NCBI RefSeq assembly: GCF_004010195.1
Contig: NC_057752.1
Coordinates: 480,405-500,404, forward strand
DNA length: 20,000 nucleotides
Direction of reading: 5' to 3'
Source of the DNA: Chiloscyllium plagiosum
Taxonomy: Eukaryota
Part shown: positions 10,598 to 19,920 of the stretch, in pieces
Numbering within the stretch: the stretch's first letter is position 1
Layout: every line of letters begins with the position of its first letter
The notes under the pieces: generated by a model
Told to the model about the DNA's origin: nothing
What the model saw: the letters and a program-made list of their open reading frames with translations, nothing else
The model's database searches: none
Made by a program: the position numbers and the translations under genes

Positions 10598-11425
10598 CTT
10601 GCGGTGGGATCCCGTCCGCACTCACCCCAGCCAGGAAAGAATTTCACATTGGCCCCAAGGTCCCGTACTTCCCGTGGGAGCCTGTGCCCCACAACCTGAG
10701 CCGCCTCCGGAATTTTAATTTTGTTTCTTTCAAGGATGTAAAAAGAAGGGCCCTGTATAGACTGCTGCTGCACACCGTCCACCTCTTCTGCCTCATCCAC
10801 CATCCGGACACGCCTTGGCGTGCCCATTTGCCACCGGGCGGTGGGGATTCCCAGTGGAGNNNNNNNNNNNNNNNNNNNNNNNNNNNNNNNNNNNNNNNNN
10901 NNNNNNNNNNNNNNNNNNNNNNNNNNNNNNNNNNNNNNNNNNNNNNNNNNNNNNNNNNNNNNNNNNNNNNNNNNNNNNNNNNNNNNNNNNNNNNNNNNNN
11001 NNNNNNNNNNNNNNNNNNNNNNNNNNNNNNNNNNNNNNNNNNNNNNNNNNNNNNNNNNNNNNNNNNNNNNNNNNNNNNNNNNNNNNNNNNNNNNNNNNNN
11101 NNNNNNNNNNNNNNNNNNNNNNNNNNNNNNNNNNNNNNNNNNNNNNNNNNNNNNNNNNNNTATTTCCCCCTCCAACTCTATTTTGATTTAGTCCCTACCC
11201 TCCCCTTCACTATTTGATCACACAGCATTGCCTTTTGTGAAGGGCACTGCTTGTCACTGGCCACTCGGGTGTTTCCTTTCTTCCTGGTGGTGGAAACTGA
11301 ATAAAGGTTCATGCACCTTGTGTCTTTCACTGTGTCTCACACCTGCACACACACACCATGGGTGCTGGGGGTAAAAATAAGCACTACCAGAGTTAGGCGG
11401 TAGTGTGGGGGTTAAAGAAAAAAAT
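10598..11425 (+). mobile_element. Tx1-clade LINE 3' portion, copy A (contains the gap)
   Basis: ALYRLLLHTVHLFCLIHHPDTPWRAHLPPGGGDSQW is typical of the Tx1 ORF2 region before the C-terminal Zn knuckle. ORF end ISPSNSILI* (11191), 3' UTR and A-rich tail follow. Confidence 0.85.
10860..11160. other. Assembly gap (301 N)
   Basis: Run of n characters. Confidence 1.
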
Positions 11426-11441
11426 ATATAAACAGGAGCGT

Positions 11442-11497
11442 CCCTTTGATGTGAAGGGCACTGCTTGTCACAGGCCACTCGGGTGTTTAAAAAAAAA
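11442..11497 (+). mobile_element. Tx1 3' UTR fragment B with premature poly(A)
   Basis: ccctttgatgtgaagggcactgcttgtcac.ggccactcgggtgttt (also at ~11797-11843) followed by A9. Confidence 0.75.
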
Positions 11498-11512
11498 GAG
11501 AAAAACATGAAT

Positions 11513-11985
11513 CTACCTCCTTGTGGGTCTGCTCCTGGGCCTGGCCAAACTGGTCATAAACAGGTCTAGGCAGCAGGCCGTGGAGGGGGTCATTAGGGCC
11601 GACTGCCTGCCCCTCTTCTGCGGTTACGTCAGAGCCCGGGTGTCTCTGGAGAAGGAGCACGCGGTGGCAACCAACACCCTGGAGTTGTTCAGGGAGAGGT
11701 GGGCGCCGCAGGGAGTGGAGTGCATTATTTCCCCCTCCAACTCGATTTTGATTTAATCCCTGCCCTCCCCTTCACTGTTTGATCACACAAGCATTACCCT
11801 TTGATGTGAAGGGCACTGCTTGTCACTGGCCACTCGGGTGTTTCCTTTCTTCCTGATGGTGGAAACTGAATAAAGGTTCATGCACCTTGTGTCTTTCACT
11901 GTGTCTCACACCTGCACGCACACAACTTGGGTGCTGGGGAAAAAAATAAGCCTAACTGCGGTAGTGAGGGGGTTGAAAAAAAAAA
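11513..11985 (+). mobile_element. Tx1-clade LINE 3' portion, copy C
   Basis: ORF 11523-11756 GLLLGLAKLVINRSRQQ..DCLPLFCGYVRARVSLEKEH..LELFRERW matches the Tx1 ORF2 C-terminus. 3' UTR is similar but not identical to copy A; A10 tail. Confidence 0.88.
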
Positions 11986-12139
11986 CAGGAGTATCAGACA
12001 TCCTGAAAAAAAACATGAATGTCAAGGGTTCTGTTCATTCAAAGCTGGTTCTGAGGGAGCGAGATCAGTGTCAGGGACCTCCATGTGTAAATAAAGGGTA
12101 ACTTGGTGACGGGATACTGGCCTCTGTGGAGTTCTTTCA

Positions 12140-12356
12140 AAGCCAGTCCCACCATATTCATTAAACTGGTCCTGCCTGTCCATCCTATTAGACTTATTTA
12201 ACGTTGACTTTGTCCTCAAATCACTCCACATGCTGACTGACTGCTCTGTCACACCAGTTTAAACCTTCCTGATTGGCACTAGCAAACCTCCCTGCAAGGA
12301 CACTGGAGCCTTTCTCGGTGCAACCGGTCCTTCTTGCACAGATGTCCCACCTGCCC
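12140..12356 (-). mobile_element. Continuation of the 7266-10485 CR1: end of ORF1 (esterase-like) and inter-ORF region
   Basis: Minus strand reads ...SVLAGRFASANQEGLN at ~12258-12305, resembling shark CR1 ORF1 C-termini. Confidence 0.65.
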
Positions 12357-12795
12357 TTTATGCAGCACTTTTAAGGTAGCAAAGTGTTCCAAGCTGTTTA
12401 AGAGGAAAAGTACCAAACATGAGAGTATGTTAGTATAAATGACCAAAAGGTTAATCAAAAGAGTTGGTTTTAAGGATTGACTTAAAGTGAATAGATCAAG
12501 AGGTGGCATGGTGTAAAATGAGAATTCCATATCATAAAGCCCAGGCAAAGGAAGGCACAGCTGCCAATGGTGAAGTGATTACAATCAGGAATGCTCAAGA
12601 TGTCAGAATTGGAGGAGCACAGATGTCAGAAGCATAGAAGTTAGAAGAGGTTTGAAAGATAAGGAGGGGCAGTGGTATGGTAGGATTTGAAAACAAGAAT
12701 GCAAATTTTAAAATCGAGGTGTTGACTAATCGGAAACCAACGTAAGTCAGTGAACTTGATGAGGGTTTCAGTAGCAGATAAGCTGAGACAAGGGT
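12350..12795 (-). mobile_element. Old L2-type LINE fragment
   Basis: gaccaaaagg...ttttaagga...gaattcca...aaggcacagctgccaatggtg...gatttgaaaacaagaatg; reverse-complement similarity to 5200-5515. Confidence 0.55.
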
Positions 12796-13009
12796 ATCGA
12801 CCCAACAATCATTCCACCTCTAAATCACAAAGGATGATATATTCAATAGCTTGGAGACTCAAAAAGGCAAAGGACAAAACATGTAGTCCAGCCAAATAAA
12901 AATGAAAAAAGGCAACTGAGGATGTCAACAAAAAAGCGAGATAATGGCCTCAAACTATTGAAGGATCTCAGGCACAAAATGAAGGAAACAGAATAGGTTT
13001 GACCATTAT

Positions 13010-13205
13010 GTGGTCAACAGTTGATGGGCTGAATGGCCTACTTCTGCACCTGTATCTTATAAATGGTAGAATTTGAAATTCAGTTTGAGGGTGTGAAACT
13101 TGGTTGGAAACAACTGTACTAAACATAAGGGTAACTACAAAGGAATGATGGCAGAGTTGGCTTGAAAGGTGTTCAGTAGAAAAGATGGTTGATGAACAAT
13201 GGCGG
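13010..13205 (+). mobile_element. Old CR1 fragments (3' tail 13010-13060; EN/RT linker piece resuming at ~14422-14575)
   Basis: Tail gggctgaatggcctacttctgcacct; [19 protein letters not shown]; after the young insertion, HIPVR and INQPWLT. Confidence 0.55.
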
Positions 13206-14421
13206 ATGATTGACGACAGCAGAGCAGTAGATGTGATCTATATGGACTTCAGTAAGGCGTTCGACCAGGTGCCCCATGGGAGACTGATTAGGAAGGTTAG
13301 ATCTCATGGAATACAGGGAGAACTAGCCATTTGGATACAGAACTGGCTCAAAGGTAGAAGACAGAGGGTGGTGGTGGAGGGTTGTTTTTCAGACTGGAGG
13401 CCTGTGACCAGTGGAGTGCCACAAGGATCGGTGCTGGGTCCTCTACTTTTTGCCATTTACATAAATGCTTTGGATGCGAGCATAAGAGGTACAGTTAGTA
13501 AGTTTGCAGATGACACCAAAATTGGAGGTGTAGTGGACAGCGAAGAGGGTTACCTCAGATTACAATAGGATCTGAACAAGATGGGCCAATGGGCTGAGAA
13601 GTGGCAGATGGAGTTTAATTCAAATAAATGCGAGGTGCTGCATTTTGGGAAAGCAAATCTTAGCAGGACTTATACACTTAATGGTAAGGTCTGAGGGAGT
13701 GTTGCTGAACAAAGAGACCTTGGAGTGCAGGTTCATAGCTCCTTGAAAGTGGAGTCACAGATAGATAGGATAGTGAAGAAGGAGTTTGATATGCTTTCCT
13801 TTATTGGTCAGAGTATCGAGTACAGGAGTTGGGAGGTCATGTTGCTGCTGTGCAGGACATTGGTTAGGCCACTGTTGGAATATTGCGTGCAATTCTGGTC
13901 TCCTTCCTATCGGAAAGATGTTGTGAAACTTGAAAGGGTTCAGAAAAGATTCACAAGGATGTTGCCAGGGTTGGAGGATTTGAGCTATAGGGAGAGGCTG
14001 AACAGGCTGGGGCTGTTTTCCCTGGAGCGTTGGAGGCTGAGGGGTGACCTTATAGAGGTTTACAAAATTATGAGGGGCATGGATAGGGTAAATAGGCAAA
14101 GTCTTTTCCCTGGGGTCAGGGAATCCAGAACTAGAAGGCATAGGTTGAGGGTGAGAGGGGAAAGATATAAAAGAAACCTAAGGGGCAACTTTTTCACACA
14201 GAAGGTGGTATGTGTTTGGAATGAGCTGCCAGAGGATGTGGTGGAGACTGGTACAATTGCAACATTTAAGAGGCATTTGGATGGGTATATGAATAGAAAG
14301 GGTTTGGATGGATATGGGACGGGTGCTGGCAGGTGGGACTAGATTGGGTTGGGATATCTGGTCGGCATGGACAGGTTGGACCGAAGGGTCTGTTTCCATG
14401 CTGTACATCTCTATGACTCTA
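13206..14421 (+). mobile_element. Young 5'-truncated CR1 (HER1-like) LINE, RT domain to 3' tail
   Basis: One reading frame with two stops (13566, 13692): [65 protein letters not shown]. Stop at 14342; tail ctctatgactctat. Confidence 0.95.
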
Positions 14422-14574
14422 TGTTTAGGAAACTGTTCATGAATTACAGCAAAGACATATACATATCCCAGTGAGAGCGATGAGTTTTCAGAAGTGGATA
14501 AATCAACCATGGTTAACCGAGAGAGAGGTAAGGATAGTATCATATTGAAGGAAAAATCAATGTGGCAAAGATTA

Positions 14575-15425
14575 GATGGGAATGTGGGAAGGTGATCAGT
14601 AAGTTTGTGAATGACATGAAGATTGGCTGGGTGGTTAATGAGGAAGATGGTCTTAGGTTTCAGGAGGATATTGACATTTTGGTCAGATGGGCAGATCAGT
14701 GGCAGATGGTATTTAACCCAGAAAGGGGTGAGGTAATGCGCTTTGGAAGAAATAACATGATAAGGAAGTACTCAATGAATGGCAGGGCACAAGGAAGCTC
14801 AGAAATAGAAGGATCTTGGGGGGTTTTGTCCATAGATTCCTGAAGGCAGTTGGTTCATAATGTGTTGATGAAGGCATACTAGACACTTACCTTTATCAGT
14901 CATGATGTGGAGGTGCCAGTGTTGGACTGGGGTGGACAAAGTTAAAAATCACACAACACCAGGTTATAGTCCAACAGGTTTATTTGGAAACTCTAGCTTT
15001 CGGAGCGCCGTTCCTTCACCAATGAAGGAGCAGTACTCCGAAAGCTTGTACTTCCAAATAAACCTGTTGGACTATAACCTGGTGTCGTGTGATTTTTAAC
15101 TTTATCAACCATGACATAGATTAAAGGAGCAGGGAGGTTATGTTTCGGCTGTCCAAAACTTTGGTTAGGTCACAGCTAGAGTACTGTGTGCAGTTCTAGT
15201 CACTACACTATAGGGAGGATGTGATTGCACTGGAGCGGGTGCAGAGGAAATTCACCAGGATGTTGCCTGGGTTGGAGCATTTTAGCTCTGAAGAGAGACT
15301 GGATAGGCTTGAGTTGTTTTCTTTGGAGCAGAGAGAGGACTTAATTGAGGTGTATTAGAGTATGAGGGGCATGGGCAGGGTGGATAGGAAACAGTTAAAG
15401 GGTCAATAATAAGAGGGCATAAGGG
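14575..15425 (+). mobile_element. Decayed CR1 RT fragment interrupted by a palindromic insertion
   Basis: ISKFVNDMKIG, WADQWQMVFNP, LEYCVQF, LERVQRKFTRMLPG. Confidence 0.85.
14906..15099. mobile_element. Palindromic insertion of family B repeat with two back-to-back degenerate hammerheads
   Basis: Inverted arms 14938-15018 / 15022-15103. Plus strand: CCAATGA-A-GGAG-CAGTA-CTCC-GAAA-GC-TT. Minus strand: TTGGTGA-A-GGAAC-GGC-GCTCC-GAAA-GC-TA. TSD CTTTATCAGTCATGA (14891-14905) / CTTTATCAACCATGA (15100-15114). Confidence 0.85.
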
Positions 15426-15430
15426 ATATA

Positions 15431-16227
15431 CAGATTAAATGAGTGTGCAAAAAATGTGGCAGATAGAATATAATGTGGGAAAATATAAGATTATGCACTT
15501 TGGCAGGAAGAACGAAAATCTGAACATTATTTACATGTAAAAAGACTGCAGAAAGTTGTAACACAGAGGGTCTTGGAATTCCGTGTGTGTAAATCACAAA
15601 ACATTAACACACAAGTTCAGCAGGTAATATGCAAGGCAAATGGAATGTTGACCAGATATTGACCAAAGGGAATGGAGTGCAAAAAAGGGATGCCTTGCTA
15701 AAACTTTACAAGGCATCAGTCAGGCAATACCAAAACATTGCGAACAGTTTTGTTGTTCTCATCTAAGGAAAGATACACTGGCATAGCAGAGAGTCCAGAG
15801 AAAGCACACGAGGCTGATCCCAGGAATGGAGGCATTTTCTTATGAGGAGAGATTGAGAAGGTTGGACCTGTACTCATTGGAATTTAGAAGAATGAGAGAT
15901 ATGCAGAAAGGTGGTTTCTGGGAGAGTCTAGGACCTGAGTACATAATCTTAGGGTAAGGAGTCATCAGTTCAGAGGGAGATGAGGAGGGATTTCTTCTCT
16001 TAGGGGGTAATTAATCCATGGAATTCTTTATTACAGAGGGCTATTGAAGACGGATTATTAAGAATATTCAAGGCTGAGACAGACATTTTTAATCAGTAAG
16101 TAAATCTTGGGGTATGGGAAAAGGCAGGAAAATGGAGTAGAAGATTATCAGATCAGCCACAATCTCATTGAATGGCAGAGTTGACTCAATAGGCTGAATG
16201 GACTACTTTTATATCTTATGGTCTTAT
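15431..16227 (+). mobile_element. Decayed CR1 3' portion
   Basis: WQIEYNVGKYKIMHFGRKN, SYEERLRRLDLYSLEFRRMR, tail ggctgaatggactact...tcttatggtcttat. Confidence 0.8.
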
Positions 16228-17696
16228 AAAAGGGAGACAAGAAAGCAGATGAGGCCTGGAAACACAAGTGGAGCAGTCCATTTGAATTCCCATTGGGTCC
16301 TGAAGCAGGTGGAATATTCATCCATGCCACAGAAAGCTCACAGCCACAAAGAGTCAGGGTGCCTTCCCATACTGGAGGTCCTGCTGCTATATCTCTCTGA
16401 CACTAAATGACCTGGACATTGGCAAGTCAACACTATTCAGGTCCCTGGATTGGTGAAAGTTAGGACAATAGAGGCGTCCAGGCCTAGGTAATGGACAAGA
16501 CAATCATAGTTGCACAATTTACAGATGGCCTGGCCTATAAACAAGGCAAATTAACAGTCAAAATATACCTTTGAATCTGGATCTATTGGCTGCTCACCAA
16601 TGCAGCCTTCCAGCATGTCTTTTTCCTCGCTTTTCATCTGAACCTCCACTTTCATTAATGGGAACATAAATTTCAGCCACATTACCGCAAACAGTCAATC
16701 TACCCCTCCCCTTCCAATTCTGACCCCAAACACTCTAAGCCCTCAAAAGGACCTACATGAGAGGAAAACTTCACATTCCTTCTTTCACTTCAGTCTCTGG
16801 TTTAAGTCCACAGTAGCTCAGCCTCTGAATCAATGCTCCTAATCCATATAGGTCTGTTTGCCTCGCTGAATGTCAGTGGTGTTATTCTCTGATCTTCAAA
16901 CTCTCCTCATTCTCATTGAGTGTACTAAGGTTAATAAATGTATCTGCTGAACATAGGAAGGAAAGACAGGCAACACATATAATCTATGAACAAGTGTTTA
17001 AATAGCTTTGAATGAAGTTGATAGGGACCTAGGAGCCTAAAGCAAGCTTGACATTCAACATATTCAACCAATACACATTTAAGACTATCAGAAATAGGAG
17101 CCATTTGACCCCCAAGCCTGATGTGTCATTCAATAGGATCATGGTTGATCCAACATTCCTCACATCCACTTTCCTGCCCTTTCCCCTGTAACCTACTAAT
17201 CAAAAATCTAACCATCTCAGCCTTAAAAATACACAAGGAGACTCTGCCCCCACAGCTCCCTGTGACAAGGAGTTGCAAAGTCTCTCAAACCTCAGAGAAA
17301 AAAATTCCTCCTTATCTCAGTCTCAAATTTGGCACCCCCTTATTCTGAGACGATGTCCTCTGGTCTTAAGACTCTCACATAAGGAGAAATATCCTCTCAG
17401 CATTTACCCTGTCAAACCCCTTAAGAATCCTACATATTTCAATGAGATCACCTCTCATTCTTCTGAACTCCAGTGAATAGAGTCCCAACCTGTTTAGCCT
17501 TTGCTTATAAGACAATCCCTCCTTAACAGGGATCATCCTAGTGAACCCTCAATTAAATGATGTCTTTCCTTAAATAAGGGATCAAAACTGCTCACAGTAT
17601 TCCAGATGTGGTCTCCCCAGCACCTTGTACAGTTGCAGTAATATTTCCATACTGTTATACTCCAATCCCCTTGAAATAAGGGCCAACATTCCATTA

Positions 17697-17728
17697 CTGA
17701 AGAAGGGCCTGTGCCCGAAACGTCGAAT
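17697..17728 (+). ncRNA. Minimal hammerhead ribozyme lacking its own 5' stem I strand
   Basis: CTGAAGA-A-GGGC-CTGT-GCCC-GAAA-CG-TC^GAAT. Confidence 0.75.
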
Positions 17729-17822
17729 CTCCTGTTCCCTGGATGCTGCCTGACCTGCTGTGCTGTTCCAGCAATAAAGTTTCAACTTTGATCCCCAGCA
17801 TCTGCAGACCTCACTTTCTCCT
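17697..17822 (+). mobile_element. 126-bp PLE terminal-repeat insertion (family A) starting at the hammerhead core
   Basis: Perfect 14-bp TSD CCAACATTCCATTA (17683-17696, 17823-17836). Homologous to the reverse complement of 525-644. Confidence 0.92.
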
Positions 17823-18099
17823 CCAACATTCCATTAGCCTTCCTGATTATCTGCTGCACCCTGTGTGCTAGCCTTCTGTGTTTTGTGCACCAGTACCCCA
17901 AAGTCCCTTTATGTTGCAACTTTCTGCAGTTTTTCTCCATTTAAATACCTTTATGTTGTGTTCAGTTCTGGACACTGAGACAAAGGGAATACATTTTGGT
18001 GGTGGAGCAAGTGCAGACAAAGCCAAAAGGACAATGCCTTGTATCAGATGTCTGAGTTGCAAGGGAAAACTAGGACAGGCAGAGGTAGATAAATTAACA

Positions 18100-18272
18100 G
18101 TAAGTGAGAGAGTGAAAGGTTGTTGGATAGGTTGGATCAGATCAGTCATGATCTTACTGAATGACAGAACAGATCGAGAGAGATTGTGAGGTCTGCAGAT
18201 GCTGGAAATCAGAGTTGAGAGTGTGTTGCTGGAAAAACAGGGGCCAAGTGACCTTACTTCTGCTCCTAATTT
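18100..18272 (+). mobile_element. CR1 3' tail fragment containing a minus-strand PLE tail piece (~18186-18240)
   Basis: gatcagatcagtcatgatctt..tgaatg and cttctgctcctaatt flank gtgaggtctgcagatgctggaaatcagagttgagagtgtgttgctggaaaaacag. Confidence 0.7.
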
Positions 18273-18299
18273 ATGAGTTTGTAACAGACTCCGGCATTG

Positions 18300-18570
18300 G
18301 ATTCTCAGAGGTAAATGCCTGTGAGATGTACAACATTAATAAGGGAATGAAAAAGATTAACCTGAAATCTTACTTACACAAAGCTGTGGGAGGGTAGATA
18401 TAGAGGACACAGTTTCAAACCAATAAAACTGACAAATTTTTTCAGGAGGTTTTATTCAACATACAGAGTGACTGACATGGAGATGAGTATAGGCAATCAT
18501 GGTGGAACCAGTTAAGTGACAATTTGATGCAGCAATTGGGGTTTGGGGGACATCTTTGGATGGATGGGCA
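18300..18570 (+). mobile_element. Very old CR1-like 3' fragment
   Basis: EMYNINKGMKKIN and RGHSFK resemble CR1 'EVYKI..G...V' and 'RGH.FK'. Confidence 0.4.
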
Positions 18571-18573
18571 GAT

Positions 18574-19796
18574 AGAGTCATAGAGCAGAAAAACAGACCC
18601 TTCAGTCCATCTTGTTCATGCGGACCAGATATCCTAAATTAATCTGTCCCTATTTGCCAGCATTTAATCCATATCACTGTAAACCCTTGCTGTTCATGTA
18701 CCCATCCAAATGCCTTTTAAATGTTGAAATTGCACCTGCCTCTGGCAGCTCATTCCATACAAGCACCATCCTCTGTGTGAAAAAATTACCCCCAGGTCCT
18801 TTTTAAATCCTTCCCTCTCACCTTAAACCTATGTCCTCTAGCTTTGGACTCCCATACCCTGGGGAACAGACCTTGACTATTCACCCTAACCATACCCCTC
18901 ATGATTTTCTAAACATCTGTAAGGTCACCCCTCAGCCTCCGGTACTACAGGGAAAATAATCCCAGCCTATTCAGCCTCTCTCTATAGCTCAAACCTCCCA
19001 ACCCTGGCAACATCCTTGCAAATCTTTTCTGCACCCTTTCAAGTTTCACAACATCTTCTCTATAGCAGGAAGACCAGAATTGAACGTAGTGTTCCAAAAG
19101 TGGCCTAACTGATGTCCTGTACAGCCGCAACACGATATCCCAACACCTATACTCAATGCACTGACCAATAATGGCAAGCATGCCAAAGGCCTTCTTCACT
19201 ATCCTGTCTACCTGTGATTCCACTTTCAAGGAACTATGAACCTGCACCCCAAGGTCTCTTTGTTTGGCAACACTACCCTCTCATGAAGTGTATAAGTCCT
19301 GTTCTGATTTGCCTTACCAAAATGCAACACCTCATATTTACCAAAATCAAATTCCATCTGCCACTCCTCGGCCCATCTGATCAAGGTCCCGTTGTACCCT
19401 GAGATAACCTTCTTCACTGTCCACTACAACACCAATTTTGGTTTCAACTGAAAACTTACTTATCATACCTCCTATGTTCACATCCAGATCATTCATATAA
19501 ATGACTAAAAACAGTGGACCCAGCACTGATCCTTGCAGCACATTGCTGGTCACAGGCCTCCAGTCATAAAAACAACCTTCTGCCATCACCCTCTGTCTCC
19601 TACATTCAAGCCAACTTTGTATCCAATTGGCTAGCTCTCCCTGGATTCCGTGAGATCTAATATTGCTAACCAGTTTACCATGCCGAACCTTGTTGAGTAC
19701 CTTACTGAAGTCCATATAGACAACTACCACCTGTCTACCTTCATCAATCTTCTTTGTCAATTTTTCAAAACAGTCAAGTTAGTGAGACATGATTTC
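18574..19796 (-). mobile_element. CR1 (HER1-like) RT to 3' tail, same family as 13206-14421
   Basis: [61 protein letters not shown]; tail is the reverse complement of ctctatgactct. Confidence 0.92.
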
Positions 19797-19828
19797 CTGA
19801 AGAAGGGCTAATGCCCGAAACGTCGATT
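19795..19828 (+). ncRNA. Minimal hammerhead ribozyme with weak stem I
   Basis: TC-CTGAAGA-A-GGGC-TAAT-GCCC-GAAA-CG-TC^GA. Confidence 0.75.
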
Positions 19829-19914
19829 CTCCTGTTCCCTAGATGCTGCCTGACCTGCTGCGCTTTTCCAGCAACACATTTCCATCTCTGATCTCCAGCA
19901 TCTGCAGACCTCTC
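19797..19914 (+). mobile_element. PLE terminal-repeat insertion (family A) starting at the hammerhead core
   Basis: Nearly identical in extent and sequence to 17697-17822. Confidence 0.85.
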
Positions 19915-19920
19915 TACAGT

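Larger units (their letters stand above)
10486..12139 (+). mobile_element. Solo LTR (~230 bp, probably Gypsy-type), split into 10486-10597 and ~12009-12139 by Tx1 insertions
   Basis: TG..CA termini (TGTAGTGA...TCTTTCA), TATA-like GATAAAAA, AATAAA at 12090-12095, flanks ATGCC (10481-10485) / AAGCC (12140-12144). It interrupts the CR1 between ORF1 end and ORF2 start. Confidence 0.7.
17081..17953 (-). mobile_element. Decayed CR1 3' portion
   Basis: NGMLALISRGLEYNSMEILLQLYKVLGRPHLEYCEQF; hosts the 17697-17822 insertion. Confidence 0.85.

Noticed and set aside
10468..11217. Long ORFs spanning the N run
   Set aside because: Artefacts of translating through the gap; only the Tx1 frame is meaningful.
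11161..11985. Tx1 direct repeat as an assembly duplication or an LTR pair
   Set aside because: The copies differ by many substitutions and indels, each ends in an A-tail, and they are separated by target duplications. Gap proximity remains a caveat.
13185..14342. Functional reverse transcriptase gene
   Set aside because: 5'-truncated CR1 with two in-frame stops and no endonuclease.
16230..17080. Unassigned stretch with short ORFs
   Set aside because: No recognisable motif, repeat structure or convincing exon.
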